Source of the DNA: the human T2T-CHM13v2.0 reference genome, Homo sapiens
DNA: 64,000 bases
Assembly: GCF_009914755.1 (NCBI RefSeq)
Contig: NC_060933.1
Reading direction: 5' to 3' (one strand)
A model generated the notes under the pieces. That model made no database searches, had not been told where the DNA came from, and saw only the letters and a list, made by a program, of their open reading frames with translations. Every line of letters starts with the position of its first letter. The first letter of the stretch is position 1. Positions 1 to 12,732 of this stretch are shown here, one piece after another. Made by a program: the position numbers and the translations under genes.

Positions 1-639
1 GGTATTTGTGTTATATATTTCACACATTTTCTGCACACTTGCCTTTATGAGAGTATCTTTGCTTTTGTACATATAAAAAAGTGGGTGTAACATTTTGATT
101 CACAACCATTCCTTGAAAAAGAAACCACTATAATAATAGTGTTGAAGGGCAATTAAAAATATATAAAATCATGACTTTCATACAGATATAAAATGAACAT
201 GTATAAAGAGTTTATTTAACTTATTAATTAATGAAGGAGGCAGTTAAAATGTTACAGTTGGTTCAAAGGGAAATTAAAAGAACCACACATTATATAGGAA
301 AATAAAGAATACTGGAATGAATTTACAAATAGATGTAAAACAGATCTATCTATGAGGGAAAAATCAATGATGTTCTAGAGAAAATTAATTTACATTTTTA
401 TGGACAGAAATAATTTACATTGTTTTCTATTTTCTACAACTTACAGAGTTGTAAAATAGCTCAAAGATGATGAAAGGTTAATATAACCTGGAAGGGTGTG
501 CTAGACAGACACTTAGTAATTTCTCTGGCTCATTTCAATGTCTTTAATAACCTTTTTCCTACAATAATAACATTAGTGTTTAGTATATCTGGTATAATTA
601 TAAACATATTATATATCTTAATAAACCTTCACCAAATTA

Positions 640-720
640 TCTTTATTGTAGAGATGAGAAAATGAAGACATTGAGATTTTAATTTGCTCACAGTAAAATG
701 AAGGAGCTAGAATTTGAAAA
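640..720 (-). mobile_element. MIR SINE fragment
   Basis: Degenerate antisense MIR core 'tttattgtagagatgagaaaatgaagacattgaga...ggagctagaatttgaa'. Confidence 0.4.
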
Positions 721-944
721 TACGTATGCTATCATATATATATAAAATCATACATATATATAAAATTATACAGATGTATAAAAGCATACATATATGTAAA
801 ATATATATGCAAAAAATTATTAAGACAAAAGAATGTAGTCTTTATCAGTGGTTTATGGGATATCCATGATTTGTGTTTAAAAAAAAAGGAAGATGTAGAA
901 TAATGTGTGTAGAATTATTTTATTTCTATAAAAACAAACTTACA

Positions 945-1765
945 TGGGGCAACAGGAACTCTCATTCATAGCTGGTGGAAATGCAAAATGGTACAGCCAC
1001 TTTGGAAGACAGCTGGGATACTGTTATCATACATGACAGCAGTTGCATTCCTTGGTATTTCCAAATGAGTTGAAAACCTAGGTTCACACAAAACCAGCAG
1101 ATGGTTGTATATAGCTCTCATCCTTATCCATATTTGTCAAAACTTGGAAGTAATCAAGATGTCCTTCCTAGGTGAACTGACAAACTGTGATACATCCAGA
1201 CAATGGAATATTATTCCATTGTTTATTCCATTGTTTTTAGACAGTAGAGTCCTCCTAATCGTACAAGGAAGTAAGTTACCAAACTATGAAAAGACATGGA
1301 AGAATCTTGAAGGCTTATTAAAGAAGCCAATCTGAAAAGGCTACATACTGTATAATTCCAACTGTAGGACATTTTGGAAAGGAAAACTATAAAGACAGTA
1401 AAAAGATCAGTGATTGCCAGCATTTAGGAGGCAGGGGGGATGAAGAAGCAGAGCACAGAGGATTTTTAGGGTCAAGAAATGATTCTGTACCATACTATAA
1501 CTGTGGATATGATATTATGTATGTCAAAACCCATAGAATGTATAATACCAAGAGTGAGCCCTAATATAAACTATGGACATTGGGTGATAATGATGTGTCC
1601 ATGTAGGTTCATTGATGATAACAAATGGACCGCTCTGGTGCTGGATGCTGATAGTGGGGGAAGTGATGTTGGGGTGGGAGGAAGAGAGCATATGAGCACT
1701 CTGTGTACTTTCTACTCAATTTCTCTGTGTACCTAAAACTATTCTAGAAAATAAAGTATATTGAA
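945..1765 (+). mobile_element. Old L1 3' end (L1MC/L1MD-like)
   Basis: 'ggaaatgcaaaatggtacagccactttggaagacag' (ORF2 end), then an L1MC-type 3'UTR ('ccctaatataaactatggac...aaataaagtatatt'). Confidence 0.75.
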
Positions 1766-2624
1766 GAAAACCAAGCAACCAACCACCCAAGCACACTGAC
1801 CAAATAGCTAACCAGCAAACAAGCCAAACCCCTATGTATGTATTTACATGCTTGTGTATGTTTTTGTGACTGGGAGGAAGATGTGGAAGAATATTCCACT
1901 GGTTTTTATTAAGGATCAGAGGATGGGGGCAGGCTACTTGATTTGGATGATTGTTTTCTTTGTATACCTTTTGTTTTAGTTATTGAACAAGCAGGCATTT
2001 TTACCATGTGAAAGTTATTAAAGAAAAAGATTAAAACAAGTACAACTCTGTGGTTTTCCTTAGCAAGCTGTATGTATTACAAAATTTTCTTAAGATCTAC
2101 TTTTAGTACTTAGCTTTGCTAAATTTTTGTTGTTACTCCATAAATGTGACTACAAACTATTTTTGGATAGAGTTTTTGTGATAAGGTGACAGTTTCTATA
2201 ATTTCTATATTTACAGTTTTTTCTAAGGGAAGATGGACAATCATGACAAGGTGATCAATTTAATCTCCTTGAGGATATTTTTCTAGTTTTCCATTCTAAC
2301 TGGATTTTGACATGGTGATCATTGTTGATCTTAGTTACAGCTGTTATAGGGAACTGGTAAGAGTAGAATCCAGATTGGAAAGAGTGGATGGTGATGAATA
2401 GATTGTTAAGGTATGTAACTCTCTGGAGATGTTTAACTGTGAAGGATGGAAAAGAGGAGAGGGTAGATGGGGCATGAATGGAGATTATATATATATTCCA
2501 TTGGTTTTTATTAAGGATCAGAGGATGGGGGTGGGTTACTTGATTTGGATGCTTGTTTGATTGGATGTTACATGTATGTTCTACTTGATTGGATGTTACA
2601 TATATATATATATATGATGAAAGA

Positions 2625-3172
2625 TATATTAGGGTTCTCCTAGATATATAGATACAGAGAAAAAGATTTATTATGAGGTTTTGGCTCTTGTGATTATGAA
2701 GGCTGAGAAATCCCAGTATCTGTCACTGGCAAGCTGGAGGCCCAAGAAAGCTGCCGGTGTAAGTTCCAGTCCAAGCCCAAAGCCCTGAGAACCAGGTGAG
2801 CCAATGATATAAAGCCCAGTATGAGTTTGAAGGTCTGATAACCAGGGGGCTGATGGTACAAGTCTTGGTCTGAGTTCTAAGGCCTGAGAATCAGGTGCTG
2901 ATGTCTGAAGACATTAGAATCAGGAGCGCCGATGTCTGAGGACTGGAGAAAATGGATGTCTCAGCTCAAGCAGTGAGGGAGCAAATTCACCTGCCTTTTT
3001 ATTCTCTTCATGCTCTCTAATGCCACCAAAATTAGGGAGAGTGATCTTCTTTACCAGTTCAAATGCCAGTCTCTTTGAAAACACCCTCACAGAAACATCC
3101 AGAAGTAATATTTAACCAGCTATCTGGGCATCCCTTAGCTCAGTCAAGTTGACACATGCAATTAACTATCAC
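2625..3172 (-). mobile_element. MLT2-family solo LTR (ERVL)
   Basis: 'agggttctcc...tgattatgaaggctgagaaatccc...gggcatcccttagctcagtcaagttgacacatgcaattaactatcac' matches the reverse complement of the MLT2 consensus. Confidence 0.85.
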
Positions 3173-3523
3173 TTTAAAGAAAGCCTTGGATCTGCTCAAA
3201 TGCTGACCTGAAGGAGTCAGTAGAACAGAGAGAGTTGGGAAGTGAGGTTGGAGTGAGGGTGAGCTGTTATTTACTAGCTAGAAGACCCTGAGATGATGGG
3301 GGAATGGGATCCAGAACGTAGGTGAGAGGGATAGTTTTTAGACAGAAGAGTACTCCTAATCATAACAGGAGGGAAGGAGGAAAGGAAAGTTGATGGAGTT
3401 TTCATTTGATAGTGTTTTTTCTCTGTGGTAAGTAAGAGGTGAGATTATCTGCTGGGAGTGAGGAGGTTAAAGGGGAGATTAGATATTTGAAGAAAGTAGA
3501 AAAACGTTTAAGGTTTAAGTAGT

Positions 3524-4375
3524 TGTATCGTCAGGGTTCTTCAGAGAGTCAGAACCCATAGGATATATATTTATATATTCATATCTATATCAATATAAAT
3601 ATACAGTTATCCTTTGATATCTGCAGGGAATTAGTTTCAGGACTCCCCCACTCCATGGCTACTGAAATCCATGGATGCTCAAGTCCTGCACTTGGCCTTG
3701 CTGAACCTATAGATACAAAAAGTCAACCCTCTCTATCCATGGGTTCTGCATCCTGCAAATACTATATTTTCAATCTGAATACTATATTTTTGGTCTGCAT
3801 TTGGTTGAATCCACAGATTCATAACTGGTGCATACTGAGGCTGGCTGTATAGATATATAGATATCTGATAGGAGATTTATTAGGGGAATTGGCTCACATG
3901 ATTATGGAGGCTGGAAAGTCCCACAGTAGGCTGCCTGCAAGCTGGAACCCAGGAATGGAAAGGTAGCATGGCTCAGTCCAAGTCTGAAAGCCTCAGAACC
4001 AAGGAAGCCAATGGTAGTATGACTTGGTATGAAGCTGAAGGCCTGAGAATATGGTGGCGGTGGTGTTGGTGGTAGGAGGAATGCTGGTGCAGGTCCTGGA
4101 GGCCCAAGGCCAGAGGACCTGGAGTTCTGATGTCCAAAGGCAGGAGAAAAAGAATGTCCCGGAGAAAAAGTGAATCTGCCTTTCCTCTGTCTTTTTGTTG
4201 TATCTGGGCCCTCAGTCGATTGGATGGTGCCTACTCACATTGAGGGTGGATCTAACCCCACTCAGTTCACAGATGCATATGCCAGTCTCCTCTGGAAACA
4301 CCTTCACAGACACACCCAGAAATAATGCTTTACCAGCTTTTGAGGTATAGTTGACGCGTAAAATTAGCCATCACA
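3524..4375 (-). mobile_element. MLT2B-like solo LTR with nested Tigger MITE
   Basis: TG...CA ends ('tgtatcgtcagggttct' / 'aaattagccatcaca') and a perfect 5-bp TSD GTAGT (3519-3523 and 4376-4380). Confidence 0.9.
3604..3847 (+). mobile_element. MER8/MER2-like TcMar-Tigger MITE
   Basis: CAG...CTG termini flanked by TA, internal 'gatgctcaagtcctgca...aaaagtcaaccctctctatccatgggtt'; inserted in the TA-rich tract of the MLT2. Confidence 0.75.
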
Positions 4376-5724
4376 GTAGTGATAGTGCAGAGCAAGCTGA
4401 CTAGAGAAGCCTTTGGGGATTTTTCTCAAATATGGTCAGAAGCTCAGGTATGTGCATGGGGCAGGTGGGTGATTGGACATATCCAGCACTAGAGTTTAGC
4501 CAGGGAAATGTGAGAAATTGAAAGAAATATGGAAATGATAGCTCTTGGCATGTGAATTGCACAGGGTGAGCAGGAAGCCAGGATGGGCTGATGGCTGGGA
4601 AAAAGTGGATGGGCCAATGGACTGGAAGTTCTGATGAGGTCAGAAGATTAGGAAGCTATGGTCTAACTCAGTGACTGTTGCTTCAGGAGATGACTATGGT
4701 GTGACCATAGGAGTGATGGAGGATAGAGGGGCTCTGAATAAAGTAATTCATAAGGGCTATTCTGTTTCAACAGTACTGCATACACTTTCCATAGTTTATT
4801 TATAACTTAAAAAACCCCTATATGCTTCCCTACATATTGTTAAACATGTAACATTTAAAATTTGCATAGTTCAGAAACATCCTCACAGGGAATGACACTA
4901 AAGAAATAAAAATGTTATCTTTATCCAGTGGTCATGCTCAGTTCTCCATGGCAATATGAACAATGGGAAAATAGTATGAAGATGAAATTGACTTCCCTGA
5001 CATTTGAAACCTAAGAAAGTCTTATTGGAAAGAGAGGAAATGAGCGGACATTGATCCTTAGTGGTCCCACTAGGAGCTTTGCAGCTCTCTGCGTGACGTT
5101 TCTTAATCTTTTATTTCCCACAGCAAATCTGCCCTTCTAACATGTGGTTATCTACCTGGATCAGTGCTGGTTCAAAGTAAAACAGAGATGTAGCAAGTAT
5201 TTTGGATGGCTTTTATTTCCCTTTCTGAGGTCCTTCCCTTCCTGCAAAGTCCCATTGCAAGGGAGCATATATACTAGGGTGGAAACATTTTTGGCCATTT
5301 TTGCAATTCACCCCACTGTGTTAATCCCATCTCTCTGTTGTAGTGTCAAGAGGTCTCTGACCACACAGGAGCATATTCCTGGGGCTCTTCCATGTTCATA
5401 GTCACATTTTCTGTCTCATAGTACTTTCCTATTCTTAGGGAACATCCTTTCAAGAGCATAAATCAAAAATGCTTCCAGAAAGGACTTTTACTTTCATTTA
5501 ATTGAGGCAAAATCTCACATTAATATTTTGAGAATTTATAACAAGGAAAGGCCTCATTTAAAACATATATTTATGGATTTAAAAATAAAGATGTAAATAA
5601 TATGTTTAACTCATAAAACCTAAAAAATGGACAAACATAAAGAAAAAAATATTCACCCACAAACATATTACTGAGTGTCTATCTGGTTGTTATTCCTAAG
5701 GGTGTGTGTGTGTTTGGGGTAAAG

Positions 5725-5940
5725 AATAGTATGGAATACAGGTCAAAAGCAGGAATTTGAAGTCAGAATACTTGGGTTAGAATTTGCCAAAGTAGGCAAG
5801 CTACAGAATCTCTTTGTTCCTCAGTTTCTGTACTTGTCAAATAGAATAGTATCTACTCACAGAGGAATAAATGAATATATGTGAAGAGTTTAGAACAGCG
5901 CATGACTCAAGATGAGTGCTTTGTACGTGTTAGCTTTTAT
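5725..5940 (+). mobile_element. MIR SINE
   Basis: 'cctcagtttctgtacttgtcaaatag...gtgaagagtttagaacag' resembles the MIR core and 3' end. Confidence 0.7.
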
Positions 5941-6281
5941 CTGTTTGTGTATATCTAATTTCTTGGCTCCTGGTTTGTCCAGCCCCAGGGCATGCCTTCC
6001 CCTTTCAAGCCTGCTTTTTGAGTCTGTGCACTCAGTTTGCTGAACACTGTAAGTGCATCATTGACCACGTTCACCTCCCCAGTCATATCTGGGACTTTAA
6101 AGGAATTGTAACAACTTCCACAAATCCATCTTATCACCTTTGTCTCCACCTTCAGCATGGCAGGACTCCTGGCTGGTGCTCAATGTTCTACCAGCAACTG
6201 CTGTGTCCTGTGCTATTGGCCACCTCCTGGGGTTCCTAGACCACTGTCTCCCTAAAAATGAGGCTGCACCAATATCTTCTC

Positions 6282-6642
6282 TGTATTAGTCTGTTTTCAC
6301 ACTGCTGATAAAGACATACCTGAGATTAGGTAATTTATAAAGAAAAAGAGGTTTAGTGGACTCACAGTTCCACATGGCTGGGGAGGCCTCACAATCATGA
6401 CAGAAGGTGAAAGGCATGTCTTACATGGCGGCAGGCAAGAGAGAGAAAGAGCCAAATGTAAGGGGAAACTCCTTATAAAAACATCAGATCTTGTGAGACT
6501 TATTCACTCCTGCAAGAACGGTATGGGGGAAACCACCCTCATGATTCAATTATCTCCCACCAAGTTCCTCCTACAACACCTGGGAATTATGAGAGCTATA
6601 TTCAAGATGAGATTTGGGTGGGGACACAGCAAAACCAGATCA
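6282..6642 (-). mobile_element. THE1 (B/C-like) solo LTR
   Basis: 'tgtattagtctgttttcacactgctgataaagacatacc...gatttgggtggggacacagcaaaaccagatca'. Confidence 0.92.
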
Positions 6643-6847
6643 CCCTCCCAACCATGAACACAATTCACTGTCTTAATTTCCCAAATCCCAGTCACAACAA
6701 AGCTTAGCATTTCATAAAGATGCATTGAAGAAGTGGAGATAGCAAAACATAAAAGTATTTTTCCTGTCACTCTTCAGCCCACTGCAATTTGGCTTCTGCC
6801 TCCTTTTGCCTCAGTTTTTAAGCACATATAAAACTAAAGAACAAGTA

Positions 6848-7511
<664 letters not shown>

Positions 7512-8140
7512 TATAATGAATCACTATGTCCTACTACTCATCCTCAATAATTACTAGCGTTTTGCCAATCACCTTTTATTTATCTTATCCCTTTTCTGGA
7601 GTATTAGGAAGCAAATCCTAGATATCATGTTAGTTTACACATGATGCTTGAATCTGCATCTCTATTTAAAACTTTTAAATAATTTTTTTCTCTTGTTTTC
7701 ATAGAGACAGGGTCTCACTCTATCATGCAGGCTGGAGTACAGTGGCATGATCATGGTTCTCTGCAGTCTTGACCTCCTGGGCTCAAGTGATCCTCCTGCC
7801 TCAGCCTCCCAAGTAGCTAGAACTACAGGCACACAACCACACCCAGCTAATTATTTTATTTTTTTTGCTGTGTTTCCCAAGCTGGTCTTGAACTCCTGGC
7901 TTCAAGTGATCCTCTTTCCTTGACCTCCCAAAGTGCTGGGATTACAGGTGTGAGCCACCATACTTGGCCTTAAATATATTTTTACATACTACCATGGCAT
8001 TATAACACCCAACAAAATGTCTCAAGATCGTACAATTCCACCAGTCCATATTCAAATTTCCCTGCTTGTCTTAAGAAGGTCTGTTTACAATTCAGGATCC
8101 AAACAAGGCCAAATCAGGATCCAAACAAGGTCACGTGGAA
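7512..8140 (-). mobile_element. Old L1M (L1MC5/L1ME-like) 3' end remnant, split by an AluJ
   Basis: 'gcaaatcctagatatcat', 'ccagtccatattcaaatttccc', 'tcaggatccaaacaagg'. Confidence 0.45.
7683..7969 (-). mobile_element. AluJ-type SINE
   Basis: 'gagacagggtctcactc...gacctcctgggctcaagtgatcctcc' carries J-type diagnostics; short deletion after the linker. Confidence 0.9.
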
Positions 8141-9672
8141 AGGAGTGTTCTTCTCTTTTTCCTTCTTCTCCTGTTCAATGCTCCTTTCCCTGTCTTTTCT
8201 CACTTCCTCCTCTGAAATACAACTTTTACCATTTATTAATATGTCTGATACAGGAAAAAAGGGGAGCATCCACAGCAAAAGCTAGATGTCTTAAATCGTG
8301 AGTTATATAGATTACCTTTAATTCATGGTTATAACTAAAAATTCCCTGCCACCTCTATCCTTTCCAGAAATTGCTTTAGGATTCACAGATGAGGGAAATC
8401 ATTGTATTCATAAGAATACTTATACATTCAAAAAGTGGTTTGCTTTCATAAAGCAGATTTTGTGAAAATGGGGGAATAATGACATTTGAAGGGAGACTCA
8501 AATATAACTTTTGAAAACAAGGGAAACCACAGTAAAGAAGGTTAAGTATGCATTTGAAAGTAAATTCAGATATATATTTATAAAAAGAAGTCATCACGGT
8601 ATTCCCACGGTTTATAATTTTTAGAACAAGGGCTATAAAACTCTTGATTATGGCCATGCTGATTTTTCTCATCATTCTTCCCTCTGTGTAAGGTCAGCTC
8701 TGCTCTGTACATTTATGTTTATGTATTTGTTAGGCTATATTTTTACTTAAGAGACACTGGAGGGAGGTTGTGATAGTTTAGCTGTTCTCCGCACGTTGAT
8801 TCTGACCACCTCCTCTGCCTTCCAGTAATGCCGTAGCTACAGTGATTGTATAAGGTAAATAATCTAATCAACACTTATTAGTGGTTTCTCATTGTGCTTG
8901 GAATAAAACCAAAATTTCTTAGCTTGGCTTATAAAGCTTGGATTATAAGCTTTACCCTCTGCTGTCTCTCCAGCTTTAGTTTGGATTATTTTTCTTTCCT
9001 TTTGCTTTGGGCCTGATGGTCTTCTCTCAGTTTCTACGGAATGTCATGCTCCTTTCACTCAATCTTCTCATTGGATTATCCAGCCCACCTCCCACCTTCC
9101 ATCTAAGCAGGGTGACTTCTTAGAGAACCATGTTCTTCTCTTTCCAAGCATTTATCAAGCTTGCAATAATTAATTCACCAATGGGATTATTTGGTTAAGT
9201 CTCTGCTCTCCACTCAGGTGTTGCATTATATAATATATGGAAATGGTGGCCCTGCTGGCTAGACCACAATCTTTCAGAAAGTCAGGACAGTGTATATATT
9301 TGCTAAAATGGTGAAGCAGAGGTATCCAATCTTTTGGCTTCCCCAGGCCACATTGGAGGAAGAAGAATTGTCTTGGGCCACAATAAAATACGTGAACACT
9401 AACAATAGCTGATGAGCTAAAAAAAATTGCAAAAAAACTCATAATGTTTTTTTTTTAACTTTTTTTTATTACACTTTAAGTTCTGGGGTACATGTGCAGA
9501 ACATGCAGGTTTGCTACATCGGTATACACGTGCCATGGTGGTTTGCTGCACCCATCAACCCATCATGTACATTAGGTATTTCTCCTAATGCTATCCCTCC
9601 CCTAGACCCCCAGCCCTGTGACAGGCCCCCGTGTGTGATGTTCTCCTCCCTGTGTCAATGTGTTCTCACTGT

Positions 9673-11647
9673 TCAACTCCCACTTATGAGTGAGAACATG
9701 TGGTGTTTGTTTTTCTGTTCTTGTGTTTGTTTGCTGAGAATGATGGTTTCCAGCATCATCCATGTCTCTGCAAAGGACATGAACTCATCGATTTTTATGG
9801 CTGCATAGTATTCTATCGTGTATATGTGCCACATTTTCTTTATCCAGTCTATCATTGATGGGCATTTGGGTTGGTTTCAAGTCTTTGCTATTGGGAACAG
9901 TGCTGCAATAAACATACATGTGCATGTGTCTTTATAGTAGAATGATTTATAATCCTTTGAGTATATACCCAGTAATGGGATCCCTGGGTCAAATGGTATT
10001 TCTAGTTCTAGATCCTTGAGGAATCATCACACTGTCTTCTACAATGGTTGAACTAATTTACAGTCCCACCAACAGTGTAAAAGTGTTCCTATTTCTCCAC
10101 ATCCTCTCCAGCATCTGTTGTTTCCTGACTTTTTAATGATCACCTTTCTAACTGGCATGAGATGGTATCTCATTGTGGTTTTGATTTGCATTTCTCTAAT
10201 GACCAGTGATGATGAACTTTTTTTCATATGTTTGTTGGCTGCATAAATGTCTTCTTTTGAGAAGTATCTGTCCATATCCTTTACCCACTTTTTGATGGAG
10301 TTGTTTGTTTTTTTCTTGTAAATTTTTTTAAGTTCTTTGTAGATTCTGAATGTTAGTCCTTTGTCAGATGGATGGATTGCAAAAATTTTCTCCCATTGTG
10401 TAGGTTGCTTGTTCACTCTGATGATAGTTTCTTTTGCTGTGCAGAAGCTCTTTAGTTTAATTAGATCCCATTTATCAATTTTGGCTTTTGTCGCCATTGC
10501 TTTTGGTGTTTTAGTCATGAAGTCTTTGCCCATGCCTATGTCCTGAATAGTATTGCCTAGGTTTTCTTCTAGGGTTTTTATGGTTTTAGATCTTACATTT
10601 AAGTCTTTAATCCATCTTGAGTTACTTTTTTTATAAGGTGTAAGGAAGGGATCCAGTTTCAGCTTTCTGCATATGGCTAGCCAGTTTTCTATTAAATAGG
10701 GAATCTTTTCCCTATTGCTTGTTTTTGTCAGCGTTGTCAAAGATCAGATGGTTGTAGATGTGTGGCATTATTTCTGAGGCCTCTGTTCTGTTCCATTGGT
10801 CTATAGATTTGTTTTGGTAGCAGTACCATGCTGTTTTGGTTACTGTAGCTTTGTAGTATAGTTTGAAGTCAGGTTGCGTGATGCCTCCAGCTTTGTTCTT
10901 TTTGCTTAGGATTGTCTTGGCTATGTGGGCTCTTTTTTGGTTCCATGTGGGATTTAAAGCAGTTTCTTCCCAATTCTGTGAAGAAAGTCAATGGTAGCTT
11001 GATGGGGATAGCATTGAATATATAAATTACTTTGGGCAATATGGCCATTTTCACAGTATAAATTCTTCCTTTCCATGAGCATGGAATGTTGGGGTGGAGA
11101 GTTCTGTAGATGTCTATTAGGTCTGCTTGGTCCAGAGCTGAATTCAAGTCCTGGATATTCTTGTTAATTTTCTTTCTCATTGATCTAATATTGACAGTGG
11201 GGTGTTAAAGTCTCACACTATTATTGTGTGGTTGTCTAAGTCTCTTTGTGTGTCTCTAAGAACTCGCTTTATGAATCTGGGTGCTCTTGTATTGGGTGCA
11301 TATATATTTAGGATAGTTAGCTCTTCTTGTTGCATTGATCCTTTTACCATTATGTAATGCCCTTCTTTGTCTCTTTTGATCTTTGTTGGTTTAAAGTCCA
11401 TTTTATCAGAGACTAGGATTGCAACCCCTGCTTTTTTTTTGCTTTCCATTTGCTTGGTAAATATTCCTCCATCCCTTTATTTTGAGCCTATGTGTGTCTT
11501 TGCACATGAGATGGGTCTCCTGAATACAGCACACCAATGGGTCTTGATGCTTTATCCAATTTTCCAGTCTGGGGGCATTTTAATTGGGGCATTTAGACCG
11601 TTTACATTTAAGGTTAATATTGTTATGTGTGAATTTGATCCTGCCAT
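9673..11647 (-). pseudogene. L1 ORF2 remnant (EN N-terminal part fused to C-terminal region; RT deleted; frameshifted)
   Basis: ORF track shows [20 protein letters not shown]|[16 protein letters not shown] and [12 protein letters not shown]. Confidence 0.9.
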
Positions 11648-11710
11648 TATGATGCTAGCTGGTTATTTTGCTCATTAGTTGAGACAGTTTCTTCATATTT
11701 TCAATGATCT

Positions 11711-12732
11711 TTACACTTTGGCATGTTTTTGCAGTGGCTGGTACCAGATGTTCCTTTCCATGTTTAGTACTTCCTTTAGGAGCTCTTGTAAAGCAGGTCT
11801 GGTGGCTGGTGGTGACAAAATCTCTCAGCATTTCCTTGTCTGTAAAGGATTTTATTTCTCCTTTGCTTATGAAGCTTAGTTTGGCTGGATATAAAATTCT
11901 GGGTTGAAAATTACTTTTTTTAAGAATGTTGACTATTGTCCCCCGCTCTTTTCTGGCTTGTAGGGTTTCTGCCAAGAGATCTGCTGTTAGTCTGATGGGC
12001 TTCCCTTTGTGGGTAGCCTGACCTTTCTCTGGCTGCCTTTAACATTTTTTCCTGCATTTCAACCTTGGTGAATATGACTATTATGTGTCTTGGGGTTGCT
12101 CTTCTTGAGAAGTATCTTTGTGGTGTTATCTGTATTTCCTGAATTTGAATGTTGGTCTGTCTTGCTAGGTTGGTGAAGTTCTCCTGGATAATATCCTGAA
12201 GAGTGTTTTCCAGCTTGGTTCTGTTCCCTGTGTCACTTGTAGGTACACCAATCAAATGTAGATTTGGGTTTTTCACATAGTCCCACATTTCTTGGAGGCT
12301 TTGTTAATTTATTTTCACTCTTTTTTTCTCTAATCTTGTCTTCTCACTTTATTTCATTGAGTTGATCTTCAGTCTCTGATATCCTTTCTTCTGCTTGATC
12401 GATTCAGCTATTGATACCTGTGTATGCTTCATGAAGTTCTCGTGCTGTGTTTTTCAGCTCCATCAGGTCATTTATGTTCTTCTTTAAAACGGCAGTTAGC
12501 AATTTGTCTAACCTTTTTTCAAGGTTTTTAGCTTCCTTGCATTGGGTTAGAACGTGCTCCTTTAGCTTGGAGGAGTTTGTTATTACCTACCTTCTGAAGC
12601 CTACTGTCAATTTTCAAATTCATTCTCTGTCCAGTTTTGTTCTCTTGCTGGCGAGGAGTTGTGTTCCTTTGGAGGAGAAGAGGCGTTCTAATTTTCGGAT
12701 TTTTCAGTCTTTTTGCACTGGTTTTTCCCCAT
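11711..12732 (-). pseudogene. L1 ORF1 remnant (frameshifted)
   Basis: ORF track shows WDYVKNPNLHLIGVP...RRATPRHII and FQPRILYPAKLSF. Confidence 0.9.

Larger units (their letters stand above)
2235..4745 (-). mobile_element. L2 LINE remnant interrupted by two MLT2 LTRs
   Basis: Purine-rich antisense L2-like text at ~2235-2480, ~3175-3520 and ~4380-4745. Confidence 0.5.

Noticed and set aside
1-560. Possible ancient DNA-transposon or other repeat fragment
   Set aside because: I could not assign a family or find termini.
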